A stretch of DNA of 64,000 bases from Lama guanicoe (taxonomy: Eukaryota). The DNA lies in assembly GCA_013239625.1 (NCBI GenBank), contig MU056050.1, forward strand, positions 2,280,084 through 2,344,083, written 5' to 3'. A program made the translations under genes and the position numbers. How positions within the stretch are numbered: the first letter of the stretch is position 1; the number at the start of each line of letters is the position of its first letter. Under the pieces are notes generated by a model, which saw nothing but the letters and a program-made list of their open reading frames with translations, was not told the DNA's origin and searched no databases. Positions 1-13,349 of the stretch are shown here, one piece after another.

Positions 1-214
1 GTCATTGGGAGTAATGGTTAGTGGGGCCATTCCTGATTCTTCTCCTTGTTCCCTGAACCCTCTATTCTTCCTATAGAGGACACAGCACATATGGAGATCT
101 CTGATTTACTTCATTCTTGCTGGGTGTTGCCTCTGAAATGGTGCCTTTGGGAGAGAGATTTGACAATATATCATACATACAATCAATATATCATACAAAC
201 AATACCTTGATGTG

Positions 215-345
215 AGAGGCCCATTTACACATTTAATCATTACAAGCTTATGCTGTAGGTACTCCTATTCTCTCCATTTTATAAATGAGGAAACTGAGGC
301 ACAGCCAGGTTAAGAAACCTAGCAAACAACACTTGCAAGTGGCAG
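215..345 (-). mobile_element. MIR SINE fragment
   Basis: ccattttataaatgaggaaactgaggcacag core. Confidence 0.75.
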
Positions 346-1287
346 ACTGTTTTCATTGGGCTATCCCGCCAGAGGTCATAATACAAACTAAAGGGGTGAA
401 TGTCACTGTAAAATTTCAAGCCTGCTGATTGGCTAATTCCTAGAAACAAGGAAACCAACAACATCCCACCCAAACTTTTTGAACACTGTTTCCAAAAGGA
501 ATTGCCATTCCAGGATCTTCCAAAGTCTTGATTGGAAGCTCTAGTCTTGACAAATATCCTGGGAAAATGCAAGGCTCCTCTGAAATGATTTCAGCAATGA
601 GCACCATGCCCGTACCTGACACTCATTAGGGACCACACCTTAATGCCGATCATTCATTGTGGAAACATCAAGCCCTAAAACCATCTGAGAGAAACAAGTT
701 TTAATGCAGCTTTCTCCTCTTCCATTTTCTCTGGTAGAATTTACTTACAGGCATAAATATGAAAAATACATATCACATATGATGATTTACAATTATTAAA
801 ATTAAATAAGAGAAAATCTCTGGCATTCACATTCATTTTCTTACTCGGAAGAGACATCCCATTCTACTGATTGCAATATAAATAAGTTTGGAATAATGAT
901 TGTGATATTCTATTAAACTAATGGATTCAATCTCATAAGTCATTTTTATGGATAAAATTTAAAATACTGTATTAATTCCAAACAGAATACATTTTCAGTT
1001 TGTTCCAGGAAACAGATTACTACATGTAATGTCAACAGTCATTACTTCCTGGTGTTATTTACCTGATCCCAATTTCCTAGCTAATACCACTGTGTGTGTT
1101 ATGAATAATGCACTGTATCAAATCTGCAAAAACACATCATGTATAGTACAGTTATTGGTACGTACATCACCTAATAGAGAATTTGCATTTCCTTCCTGCA
1201 TCCCACTTCCTTCCCACTGTTTTCTAACTAACATATATGTAGGAGAAACATTTTGGAAGGGGGTGCAGGATGTCCAAAATGGGCAAC

Positions 1288-2240
1288 TTTTTTTTTTAAC
1301 ATTTTTTATTGATTTATAATCATTTTACAATGTTGTGTCAAATTCCAGTGTTCAGCACAATTTTTCAGTCATTCATGGACATATACACACTCATTGTCAC
1401 ATTTTTTTCTCTGTGATTTATCATAACATTTTGTGTATATTTCCCTGTGCTATACAGTGTAATCTTGTTTATCTATTCTACAATTTTGAAATCCCAGTCT
1501 ATCCCTTCCCACCCTCTGCCCCCCTGGTAACCACAAGTCTGTATTCTCTGTCCATGAGTCTTTAGATTCCACATATGAGTGATCTCATATGGTATTTTTC
1601 GTTCTCTTTCTGGCTTACTTCACTTAGAATGACATTCTCTAGGAGCATCCATGTTGCTGCAAATGGCGTTATGTTGTCGGTTTTTATGGCTGAGGAGTAT
1701 TCCATTGTATAAATATACCACCTCTTCTTTATCCAGTCACCTATTGATGGACATTTAGGCTGTTTCCATGTTTTGGCTATTGTAAATAGAGCTGCTATGA
1801 ACATTGGAGTGCAGGTATCATCCTGAAGTAGATTTCCTTCTGGATACAAGCCCAGGAGTGGGATTCCTGGGTCATATGGTAAGTCTATTCCTAGTCTTTT
1901 GAGGAATCTCCACACTGTTTTCCATAGTGGCTGCACCAAACTGCATTCCCACCAGCAGTGTAGGAGGGTTCCCCTTTCTCCACAGCCTCTCCAGCATTTG
2001 TCATTTGTGGATTTTTGAATGACGGCCATTCTGACTGGTGTGAGGTGATACCTCATTGTAGTTTTGATTTGCATTTCTCTGATAATTAGTGATATTGAAC
2101 ATTTTTTCATGTGCTTTTTGATCATTTGTATGTCTTCCTTGGAGAGTTGCTTGTTTAGGTCTTCTGCCCATTTTTGGATTGGGTTGTTTATTTTTTTCTT
2201 ATTGAGTCGTATGAGCTGCTTATATATTTTGGAGATCAAG
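1288..2240 (-). mobile_element. Young 5'-truncated L1 (ORF2 C-terminus, 3'UTR, poly-A)
   Basis: ORF 1562..2239 is the L1 ORF2 C-terminus ([18 protein letters not shown]). TSD caaaatgggcaacttttt at 1275-1292 and 2241-2258. Confidence 0.95.
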
Positions 2241-2744
2241 CAAAATGGGCAACTTTTTATGATTTATCTATTATTCAGATAAAAATGAACATACAAGTAA
2301 GCATAACCCAGATCAAAACATGGAAAGTTTTCAGCACCCCAGAAAGCTTTCCTGTGCCCCGTCCCAAGAGGTAACCACTGTTCTGATTTGTTTCACCATA
2401 GATTAGTTTCAAAGTGAGCAACTTCTTAAAAATGTAAATTCGGTACTTAGAAATCTCCTAAAGTGAAGACTGAAGTTGTTTGCCACAATTGTCAAGGTAG
2501 CTCAGACAGAAGTCTAGCACCTTCAGCAGAGCTGCTTAACAATAACTTTCCGTTTTTCAGGAAACTGTTTAGGTAGTTCAAAATTACCCAAACCTCTGAC
2601 CTTGCTTCTTCCTTTTGAGTTTATAAAGCCATTCCTTTGCTTGTTTATCTCCCAGCCCACCCTCATCCCTCATTCTGTGTCCCCCCTCACCACCCCCATC
2701 CTCACACAAAGTGCTTGCAGGGGCTTTAGAGAGCTAATTGTACA

Positions 2745-2890
2745 CATCTCTGCCAAACTCCATGTTCAGTGATGTTGAACTGGTAGTTTAAAAATGGCCA
2801 TGGTGGAAGTATTTACACCATAGAAATTGGCAAATGCTACAAATCAGGGTCTCCCAACCCCCTGGGATAATTACTAAACATTTATCACCA
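2745..2890. mobile_element. MER63-like hAT DNA transposon relic
   Basis: Motif tggccatggtggaagtatttacaccatagaaattggcaaatgctacaaatcagg resembles recalled MER63. Confidence 0.6.
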
Positions 2891-2902
2891 GTGACCACCA
2901 CA

Positions 2903-2904
<2 letters not shown>

Positions 2905-2942
<38 letters not shown>

Positions 2943-2952
2943 ATACACACAC
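2905..2952. repeat. (CA)n microsatellite
   Basis: Directly visible. Confidence 0.95.
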
Positions 2953-3000
2953 ATATAGTGCATTCAAATCATGTCAAATTGCTTCAAAGAGCTTTGGAGA

Positions 3001-3770
3001 ACAAATGACAAATGCTGGACAGGCTGTGGAGAAAGGGGAATCCTCCTGCACTGCTGGTGGGAATGCAGTTTGGTGCAGCCACTGTGGAAAACAGTGTGGA
3101 GATTCCTCAAAAGACTAGGAATAGACTTACCGTATGACCCAGGAATCCCGCTCCTGAGCATATATCCAGAAGGAACCCTACTTCAAAATGACACCTGCAC
3201 CCCAATGTTCATAGCAGCACTATATACAATAGCCAAGACATGGAAACAGCCTAAATGTCCATCAACAGGTGACTGGATAAAGAAGAGGTGGTATATTTAT
3301 ACAATGGAATACTACTCAGCCTTAAAAACCGACAAAATAACACCACTTGCAGCAACATGGATGTTCCTGGAGAATGTCATTCTAAGTGAAGTAAGCCAGA
3401 AAGAGAAAGAAAAATACCATATGAGATCGCTCATATGTGGAAACTAAAAAAAAATAAAAAACACAAAGCATAAATACAAAACAGAAACAGACTCATAGAC
3501 ATAGAATACAAACTTGTGGTTGCCAAGGGGGCGGAGGTTGGGAAGGGATAGACTGGGATTTCAAAATTGTAGAATAGATAAACAAGATTATACTGTATAG
3601 CACAGGGAAATATATACAAGATCTTATGGTAGCTCACAGAGAAAAAATGTGACAATGATATATATATATATATATATATTCATGTATAACTGAAAAATTG
3701 TGCTCTACACTGGAATTTGACACAACATTGTAAAATGATTATAAATCAGTAAAAAGTGTTTAAAAAAAAA
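3001..3770 (+). mobile_element. Young 5'-truncated L1
   Basis: ORF2 C-terminal peptide, 3'UTR and A-tail. TSD aaagagctttggaga at 2986-3000 and 3768-3782. Confidence 0.95.
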
Positions 3771-4357
3771 GAGCTTTGGAGATCAAAAATGCTATCCCAT
3801 CACAGAAAACCTAGTAGGAACAAGTTTCAACTCAGCCAGGTTTTTCAAACTCACAACAGCCTGCCATTGGTCATGGATTGGTTTTAAAACAGTCACAATT
3901 TTGTGAATTGTTCCCTCCCCCTAAACTGAAATTTATGGTCAGTTTTTAACTGAGACTGTCACTAACGTCACTTGAAAATTTTTGCAATAGCCTTAGAGAT
4001 ACAAACAACAGCACATTGCAGAAATAGTTGACAATTCACTGTCTGGAATAGGATTTTAGTAACTCAAGTCTATACTATAATTTCCATCTGTTTTATATGG
4101 CTTCATATATATAATGCTTTGTCACCAAACCAGATGGTAAGTTCATTGAGGTCAAGAATAGTGTCTTCTTTCTAGAAATTCTTCACAGTGCTTAGCACAG
4201 TGTACGTTTTAAGTAGATGCCAGGTAACAATGCACTAACCCCATTGTTTCCTCCCCTATTTTCTTCCCCATCCTACCCTACTAAAGAGCTACCCTATACT
4301 TTCTCACAGCTACTCCCTAACCCATCCAGTCACCCCAGTCACACAAAACAAACTTTG

Positions 4358-4429
4358 CCATTATTCACTATAGCCAAGATATGGAGACAACCCAAATGTA
4401 TATCAATGGATGAATGGATAAAGAGAATG

Positions 4430-4467
<38 letters not shown>

Positions 4468-4778
4468 TGGAATATTTTTCAGCCTTAGAAAGGAAGAAAA
4501 TCCTATCATCTGAGACAACATGGATGAACCTTGAGGACATTACTCCATTTATATGAGATATCTAAAGTAGTCAAACTCATAGAATCAAAGAATAGAATGG
4601 TGGCTGCTAAGGGCCGGGGGAGAAATAAAAGGAGTGATTGCTCAATGTGTATAAAGTTTCATTTATGCAAGGTGAACAAGTTCCAGAGATCTTCCATAAA
4701 ACAGTGACTATAGTTAATAACCTGATGTTGTGCACTTAAAACTTTGTTAAGGGGTCAATCTCATGTTAGATGTTCTTA

Positions 4779-4810
<32 letters not shown>

Positions 4811-4975
4811 CCCCAAAGAAACTCTTGGAAGTGATGGATATGTTTATCACCCTGATAGTAGTGACAGTATCATGGGTGTATGCATATATCCAAACTCATC
4901 AATTGCACACAAGAAACACATGCAGTTTTTTGGTATATCAATGATACCTCAATATAACTGTTCTTTTAAAAAATC
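4358..4975 (+). mobile_element. Older L1 (L1MA-type) 3' end with embedded (TG)n and (CA)n
   Basis: LFTIAKIWRQPKCISMDEWIK peptide and L1MA-like 3'UTR motifs. Confidence 0.8.
4432..4466. repeat. (TG)n microsatellite
   Basis: Directly visible. Confidence 0.95.
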
Positions 4976-5449
4976 CCTAGAACAAAAGTTAAGATAAGCA
5001 TTATAATTGTACTGTCTTTCAGGAACAAAGTACCCTCATTTGACAAATATTTAAGCACTAACATGATGAAGGACATTGTTCTCAATATCATAGATGTATA
5101 GCAAGATGATTTAGACACAAACGGTCACATGAAGGAGATTCCAGGCAAACAGAGTAGATAAGACCCACATATAAGAAACTCTGATACAAATAGGAAAATG
5201 ACCCAGATAAAATGCTACAGGAGGTCGAGGAGGGAGAAATAGCTTTTGGACACGCTGAGTTGGAAGCAGAGGTGGAAGAGAAGATACGTGAAGCAAGAAA
5301 GCACAAGAGCACATACCAAGAACAACAGCCTGTCTGAGTGTAGGATGTGGGGAGAAGAATAGTTTAAAATGAGGTTGGAAGGCGCAGGTCAGGTTACAAA
5401 GGATTATCAAGATTTTGCTAAGGAGTTTGAGCTTTACCTCAGTCTTTTT

Positions 5450-5812
5450 ATTACTCTAACTGCGCCAGATTGTGCTGCAGTAAAAACTCCAAAGTCAGTG
5501 ACTTAAAAGCACAAGGTTTGTTTCTTACCCATGCCACGTATCTATCCTGGTTAGTCTATGGGCACATCACTCGTGGACCCAGACCAACAAAGCAGCTACC
5601 ACCTGGAACCAGAGGGACTGAGAATAGGGAAAATTGTTCACTTGCACTTAAGGTTTCTGCCCCAACATGTCATGCATCACTTCTGCTCACACTTCACTGG
5701 CTAAAGACATGTCCACATCTAACTTCAAGAGGGAGGGGAAATGGGATCCTACCATGTGCTTAGAAGAGTGGAGAGCCAGATATGTTGGGTAGATAGGTCT
5801 AACGGCTACCAC
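5450..5812. mobile_element. Degenerate MaLR (MLT1K/L-like) LTR
   Basis: cagtgacttaaaagcacaaggtttgtttctt and catcacttctgctcacacttcactggc motifs. Confidence 0.55.
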
Positions 5813-6083
5813 GGTCTGTCCTAAGGAGGCAGATATGGTCATATTGAAATGTCATAAAGATCACTTTAACCACATGTATGGGATGGATTGGAGGGCAGCT
5901 AAATGGAGGAAAGGAGCCTAGTCAGGAGGCCAGTACAGTATTTCAGGGGAGAGATATTGGTGGTCTGATCTAGAGCAAGGTGGGAGAACTAGAGAGAAGG
6001 GGACTGATGCATGAGACATTTAATGAGATATTAAGGAGAATCAACAAGACAAAGCCAAAAGGTCGTGAAAGAAGGAGTCAGAG

Positions 6084-6655
6084 CACCTGCACCCCAATGT
6101 TCATAGCAGCACTATTTACAATAGTCAAGACATGGAAACAGCCTAAATGTCCATCAACAGATGACTAGATAAAGAAGTTGTGGTATATTTATGCAATGGA
6201 ATACTATTCACCCATATAAAAAGACAACATAATGCCATTTGGAGCAACATGGATGTCCCTGGAGAAGTGAAGTAAGCCAGAAAGAAAAAGAAAAATACCA
6301 TATGAGATCGCTCATATGTGGAATCGAAAAAAAAAGGAGAACATAAATACAAAACAGAAACAGACTCATAGACACAGAATACAAACTTGTGGTTGCCAAG
6401 GGGGAGGGGGTGGGAAGGGACAGACTGGGAGTTCGAAATTTGTAGATACTGACAGGTATATATAGAATAGATAAACAAGTTTATACTGTATAGCACAGAG
6501 AAATATATACAAGATCTTGTGGTAGCTTACAGTAAAAAAGAATGTGACAATGAATATATGTATGTTCATGTATAACTGAAAAATTGTGCTCTACACTGGA
6601 AATTGACACAACATTGTAAACTGACTATAACTCTGTAAAATAAAATTTTTTTAAA
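6084..6655 (+). mobile_element. Young 5'-truncated L1
   Basis: [13 protein letters not shown] peptide and 3'UTR. TSD aaggagtc(a/t)gag at 6072-6083 and 6656-6667. Confidence 0.93.
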
Positions 6656-8104
6656 AAGGAGTCTGAGTAAATAGGGCTGCTGCTTGTAGACGTATCTGGT
6701 GGGCAGGGATTGTGGTGGTGGCCAGGGCTGTTGGGGTATATGGCTGGAGGTGGAGCGGAGCTAACAGATAGACGTACTAAGCAGGGCTTCATGGGGGCGG
6801 TTAGGACTGGTGAGTGTGGTTGGTGGTTGTTGATTTTTGGTGATGAGCTATGGATGGGTGTGGGGGGTGAAATCCAATATGAGGTGGGGAGTAGCAGGAG
6901 TTTAGGCTGGATGGAAAGGTGGTGAAGAGCCAAATAGGAAAGGCCTTGACCACCACAGCAAGGAGTAAGTTTCATCATAAAGACAAAAAGAACCAGTGAA
7001 TTATTTTTAATATCTCTGCCTGACAACGCTTCAAGTACCTGGACAAATATAAAGTGAGACAATCACGTGTAGAGTAAGGCCAAGGGAAGCAGACTGACCA
7101 GTATGTATCTGACAGAGCATAAGAGCAGAAGGGTGGGTTGTCTACTGCAGACTGCATTGTCATAACTCATATCTGACGTTTGACAACCATCTAGACAAAG
7201 GTGAGTTGGAGTACTTTCTGGTTTCTCTTACAGGATTTTTCTCCATTCTTTAATTTCATTCTCACTTTTCCAATTCATTTCCTACCATTCAGTGGCATTA
7301 TTCAAATGATGAGCATGCCCCCAGGAACACCAAGCTTAGAGAAGGCTCTTCTAGCCAGAATCTGCCTTTGTGGATGGACCTCAAAATCTGGCCTTAGTGG
7401 AAAAACTGTCTTGAGTTCAGAGAAACAGGAGACCATCTGATGGCTACTGAAAGGAAGTCTGAGAAGTTAGCCAAGGTTGATGGTGTGACAATCTCAGACC
7501 TGAAGCTGCTTTCATGGAGAAATTTAAATGCTACTGTCATCTCCAAGATTTACGTTAACACAAACTTCATCACACTTTAAAGCTCAGAAATTTGAGCAAC
7601 AAAATGTAAAAAAAAAAAAAAACCTCATAGAAATGAAATGAAAATTAGTCACTGGGATACTCATATTTAATACAGTTCAACAACTAAGCTGTAGACAAGT
7701 GGCACCTCCCATGTTGTAGCCATTGAAGCAAAATGAAATCTGTTAGAAGTTGCTGACATGCTACATTCACACTTTTAGGACACTTCCTAGGAAAAAAAAA
7801 TTACATCTGTCAGCTAAATATTTTGAAAGAAATTAGAAAATATTCTATATGGAGCACCTACTGTAGTCCAAGAGAAGATAGGGAGAAAAAAGAAAGAAAA
7901 ACATTCTAGTTTGGAAAGACCTATTTTACAGAGGCAAGGTAGATACATTTAAAGTGACTATTATGAAAATGTATTGATACCCACAAATACACACAGCACT
8001 ACCACTTTTTTTGGCATTTTCTATGTGCCAGGCACCATATTATGCAATTTGTATATAATATCCCATTAATCATTTCAACTTCCTATGAGGTAGGTACTTA
8101 AGTC

Positions 8105-8460
8105 AGATATTGTTTTTGGATCTTTAAGTCCACACCTGACTTTCTATAATCTTCCCTGTACTGCTGGAAGCCAGAAAATCTATATTTCCAAGACTCTCTT
8201 GCCAGCTAGGTTCTGGGGAGCTTTTGCCAATGGAAGACACTCCTATGAGATAGTGAAGTAGGAGGGAAGGGTGAAGCCAAATGCAGAATGGTTTCACCCT
8301 TCCCTCCTGCTTCACTGCATAAATGACCCCAGATAGGACCAGCAAAATAACTGCTCAGCCAAAATCACTGATCAACAGAATTGTGAGCAAGTAAAATGAT
8401 TATGACTTTAAGCCACTAAGTTTTGGGGTGGTTAGGTATGAAGCCAAGCTAACTGAGACA
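8105..8460. mobile_element. MaLR (MLT1-like) LTR relic
   Basis: tttaagccactaagttttggggtggttag...ctaactgagaca terminal motif. Confidence 0.6.
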
Positions 8461-9714
8461 TCTCTGAACTATGAATGGACAATACTGCTCCTCCAGGCTC
8501 CAAAGACGTAAAATAACAGAAAGCTCATGGCATGCAAATGGTGGTTACTCCATACCTGAGACAATAGCATTCATTTTCAAGAAAAATATACACAAACATT
8601 CCCCCAACTAATTCAAAATATATTCTGCCTATTTGAAAAACTTCAATCAACTACTTAATACCACCCGGTGCTAAACAGGTGGTAGATTTTTCTCTCCCTG
8701 GAGAGAGATGAAAAATAATTTTCAAAGACTTTTTTCAAAGAATTTTTTATGATTTATTGCTTCAGTCTCCTTTAGAAGGCAAATAAATATTTAATTCTTA
8801 CATGGGCTTAATTCTTTGTGCAGTTTCACCTCCTATTCCCCCAATTATAAAAAGGAGTAAATCTTACATGCTAAAGAATTATGTTTCTAAGATCACCCTT
8901 TAAACTTCCAGCTAAAATAATTCACACTCTGCTTCTTTCATGATTAAAGGGTGTACATTTCTCAGTGTCTTCAAGGAGGTGACACAGCTGATGTTTCTTA
9001 AACCCACAATTCTGCTTCCATGAAATCGACAAAGGCCTTCTCTGGCTTTCTAGGAAGACAAAAGATTCCATTTCCAGGCACCTAAAGAAAGGATAGCTTT
9101 TCTGTACCATAAAGATTCAGAATACCCTGTATCAAGTGTCTTTGAGGTTTGGCAACTCTTTGACAACCCTACTTTTCTTTGGTCAAGAAAATCTGAAGCT
9201 CTAATAAGCCATTCCAGTGAAATTTCCCACAGAATACAATCTCTAGTAACTGTAGAATCAAGTTAGAATGGAAAAAAAATGTGACTTTTCTCTTCTGTGT
9301 CTAGGGTCTCTTATCAGAATTGTAAAGGTTTTGTTTCACGATTTTTCAAGAAATCAACTTGTCAGGTTTTTTCTCCCAGAGATCACTAACTCAATTGATT
9401 TGTGCTTATTGTTAATGAGGCTAAGGTCTTGATGAATTCAGTCTCACTGTGGGCCACTGGGGCTTTCCATAGGCAGACTTTACCCTTGACTCCAACTTCA
9501 GTCTGACCCCTGATCTTGGCCAGGTCATTTTCCACTCCAGAAGGACAAGTGACATTATGGCTGCATCTGTGCAAACATTTCCAACCATGGGAACGTCGAG
9601 CTCTCTTTACAGGTGTAATGAATTTCACCTTTACTTCCACAAGACTTAACTCAGCAGAAAGGTACTAACTTGAATTTGGGGGCTCTGGTATGAGGCCATA
9701 GAGAGCACATTTAC

Positions 9715-10150
9715 GGTGTTTGCAGGCAAAATGATGAGCTGCTATAACAAATAGTACTAACAATACAGTGATTTTAAAAAAAGAAGAAGTTGATGTAACT
9801 CTCCCATAATATTTGTGATATATGTACATGCTCCAGGTAAGCAAGGTAGCTCTGATCCATGATCATTTAGGGATTTGATTTTCTTTCAGGGAGTTGCCCC
9901 TCTGTCCCTCAAATCATAGAAATCACATGTTTGGTTAAAGCTAGGTTGTCATGGGTTGCAGCATGGAGGAGGCATATTTACTCTCTTAAGGCCCGGACAT
10001 GGCACACATCACTTCCATTTGCATTCTACTAAGAATTTAGTCAAACGGCTACACCTACTGCACAAAGGACTGTAGCAGTTAGAGCTATGCACCATGTTCC
10101 TAAGAAGAAGAGAAGAACACGTTTTGGTAATCAACCAGCAGGCTTTGCCA
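9715..10150. mobile_element. Degenerate MaLR (MLT1J/L-like) LTR
   Basis: gctgctataacaaat start and ggcacacatcacttccatttgcattc motif. Confidence 0.5.
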
Positions 10151-10829
10151 CCGATCGAAATTCAAGACCATCCCTATTTTGCTGTTTGCATACTCAAAAC
10201 TACACTGGGAAGAAGAGCCGTCTCCGGCAAGTTCTAATAATAGGATGTCATTTTCCAAATCAACACCCATCACCCAACTAAAGCCACAAACTAGAGGAAG
10301 GAAGATAGCCACCTAAGCAAAGTCACAGACACTAGGAAGAATGAGAATAAAAAACTGCATTGTTCATCCCCCAATATATTGATGCCGTGACCCACGGGGA
10401 TACAGCTCCTACTAGGGAGTGCTTGCACCTTACCCTAGCGCCTTTGGAATATGGAAAAGAAGAGCTATAGGGGAGAAGAGAGAGGATTACCAACATTGTT
10501 GAGTTCACCCTCTGGCCTAACCAAGACAAGGGGCCCTGCATTTTCATTTTGCGCTGAGTAATGTATGAGGGATGGAGAGCTGGTGGAGAAAGGCTTTCCC
10601 TTTTCTAACCCCCAGAAAATGGTGCTGAGACACCTTCCATAAGTCTTCTGAGGTATCCAGCAGGATTGAGAAAACAATCGTCCATAACTGTGGTCAATTC
10701 CATAACTGATCTTTACACTGGCACTTGCTCCTCCCCTGTTGGGCTCTTCCTTGTACCTCGCTCCTGCTTCCAAAGATTACATTCCCAAAGAAAGGACTTG
10801 CACAAAAGCTGTCATGGTCAGCGTTTAAG

Positions 10830-11345
10830 CAGGTGCCTTAGGTGATGAGAGTTCCTGCATATCTAGGGGAAGATCACTGCAGGCAATGGAAATAGTAAGC
10901 AAAGGCCCTGATGTGGGAGCATGCCTGGAACCTTCAAGGAACAGCAAAGAGGTCACGGTAACTAGAGTGCAGTAACTAATAATGGGTGAGAGAAACAGGA
11001 GAGGAAGTCAATGAGCTCATGGAGAGGCTTAAAGATCCCTGAAAAGGACTTTGGGTTTTTCTCTGATAGAAAGGGGGAGCTACTGGGGCACTCAATCAGA
11101 AAAGGGATGTGAATTTGACTTAAGTTTTTGTAAAGGACATCTGGTTGCTATGTTGAGGTAGACTGTAGAAGGCAAGGGTAGGAGCAGTGAGAACATTTAG
11201 AAGGCAATCTATCCTCCTCAGTATTGTGAGAGAGAAGATGACAGCTTGACCCAAGGTGGTAGCAGTAGAGGTGATGAGAGATCAGATTCTAGATGTACTT
11301 TGAAGTAGAGTCAAAGGATTTGCTGATGAATGGGATGAAGGCGAG
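10830..11345 (-). mobile_element. L2 fragment
   Basis: Typical antisense L2 motifs (aaaggccctgatgtgggagcatgcctgg; ggtggtagcagtagaggtgatgagag; attctagatgtactttgaagtagag). Confidence 0.75.
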
Positions 11346-12381
11346 GAGTTGAGGACGCCTACAAGAGTCACGGCCTGGAGACTTAACAGAGAACAGGTCC
11401 CCAAGGAAATGGGAGACAGGGCGGAGCAGGGATGGTTCAGATAGGAAACAGGATGATCTGGGGAAGAGACAAGGGAGTGACTAAGGAACGGAACAATGGG
11501 ATTCCCAGTTCAGGGTAACTCTTTCTCTGTATATAGTTTCCACTTTTCACTTGCCCAAAAAAGAATGACTAATGAGAAAGTAAAGTCACAGGCTAAAGGG
11601 AAGGTGGTCAGTACCATAGTGGTAGCCACTCACTCTGTGAATACTCCGGGTTGACTTTACACAGAGTTGCATTTGATCTCAGAGATGCTCAGATATCATG
11701 ACATAATTACGACAGGCCTATGTAAATAAGACAAATCATCTCTCCTGGACAGAGCACGGAACTGAGAGGCATGTGTGATGGGCTATGTGACCCATAGATT
11801 AGCAGTTCCCCATGAGCAGCCCTGACTTTGGCCACCAGTCTTGACATTGCTTCACACACCCCCAAAAGAAAAGCTACTGACAAACCATTGAAAATTATGG
11901 TGAAGATTTCAGAGGGAGAATAGAAGAAACATTTACACCACACACAACGTCATCAGCCCTCTCTTGGCATGTCTCAGTCTCAGCCTCTCTCTCCAACCAA
12001 TGGGATATTTTTTCCTTCATCCACTTAGAGCTGCTTTGCTTCATTAACCTTCCCTACACTTGGACCCCTCATTCTTGCTCCAAACCCAAATCCAGCTTCT
12101 CCAAACTTGTAACTCAGTCCATTTTGGCAAAAAAAAAAAAAAGGAGGCTTTTTGAATTACTATGATCTACTCCCTTGGGTGGATGGTGGATTGAGGGCGA
12201 GCAGGGAGGAATTATAAAAATTCATTTTCTTTTACACTAAGTGCTAAGGACTGTATCAAAAGACACAATCCCTAGCCTCAAGCATCCAACCAACCTATAA
12301 ATGGATCACAGTAACTCAATGTCATAGTGTTATGACAGAAGTAAGCACAAGTACTATGGCACGATTTAGGAGGGGCACTTA

Positions 12382-13349
12382 GCTCATACAATTTAATAAG
12401 AAAAAACAACCAACCCAATCCAAAAATGGGCAGAAGACCTAAACAAGAAATTCTCAAGTGATGATACACAAATGGCCAATAGACAAATGGAAAAATGCTC
12501 GATATCGCTAATTATCAGAGAAATGCAAATCAAAACTACAATGAGGGATCACCTCACACCAGTCAGAATGGCCATCATTCAAAAATCCAAAAATGACAAA
12601 TGCTGGAGAGGCTGTGGAGAAAGGGGAACCCTCCTACACTGCTGGTGGGAATGCAGGCTGGTGCAGCCATTATGGAAAACAGCATGGAGATTCCTCAAGA
12701 AATTAAAAATAGACTTACCATATGATCCAGCAGTCCCACTTCTGAGTATATATCCAGAGGGAATCTTAATTCGAAAAGATACATGCACCCCAATGTTCAT
12801 AGCAGCACTATTTACAATAGCCAAGACATGGAAACAGTCTAAATGTCCATCGACAGGTGACTGGATAAAGAAGCGGTGGTGTATTTATACAATGGAACAC
12901 TACTCAGCCATAGAAAATAATGAAATAATGCCATTTGCAGCAACATGGATGGACAGGAGAATGTCGTTCTAAGTGAAGTAAACCAGAAACAGAAAGAAAA
13001 ATACCATACGATATCATTTATATGTGGAATCTAAAAAAAAAAAAGAAGACAAATGAACTTATTTACAAAACAGAAACAGATTCACATAGAAAACAAACTT
13101 ATGGTTACCAGTTGGGGAAGGAGGTGAGAAGGGATAAATTGGGGGTTCAAGATTTGCAGATACTATCTAATATATAAAATAGATAAACAGCAAGTTTATA
13201 CTGTAGCACAGGGAAATATATTCAATATCTTGCAGTAACTTATGGTAAAAAAATATGAAAATGAATATATGTATGTTCCTATATGACTGTACACCAGAAA
13301 TTGATACAACATTGTAAACTGACTATGCTTCAATAAAAATATTTTTTAA
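12382..13349 (+). mobile_element. Young 5'-truncated L1
   Basis: ORF 12472..12972 is the ORF2 C-terminus. TSD aggaggggcactta at 12368-12381 and 13350-13363. Confidence 0.95.

Noticed and set aside
1562..3447. The 225-aa and 158-aa ORFs (and similar ones at 12472 and 27172) as host genes
   Set aside because: They are L1 ORF2 C-terminal fragments in 5'-truncated copies with no promoter, ORF1 or RT domain.
6625..7062. 145-aa Pro/Ser/His-rich ORF, or a mitochondrial insertion suggested by the strand skew
   Set aside because: No recognisable protein in any frame I translated, including no match to ND6 as I recall it; the ORF is explained by base composition.
7201..9640. Short ORFs and isolated splice-like motifs in the intergenic part (e.g. 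7201..7440, 9386..9640)
   Set aside because: No homology that I recognise and no consistent exon chain.
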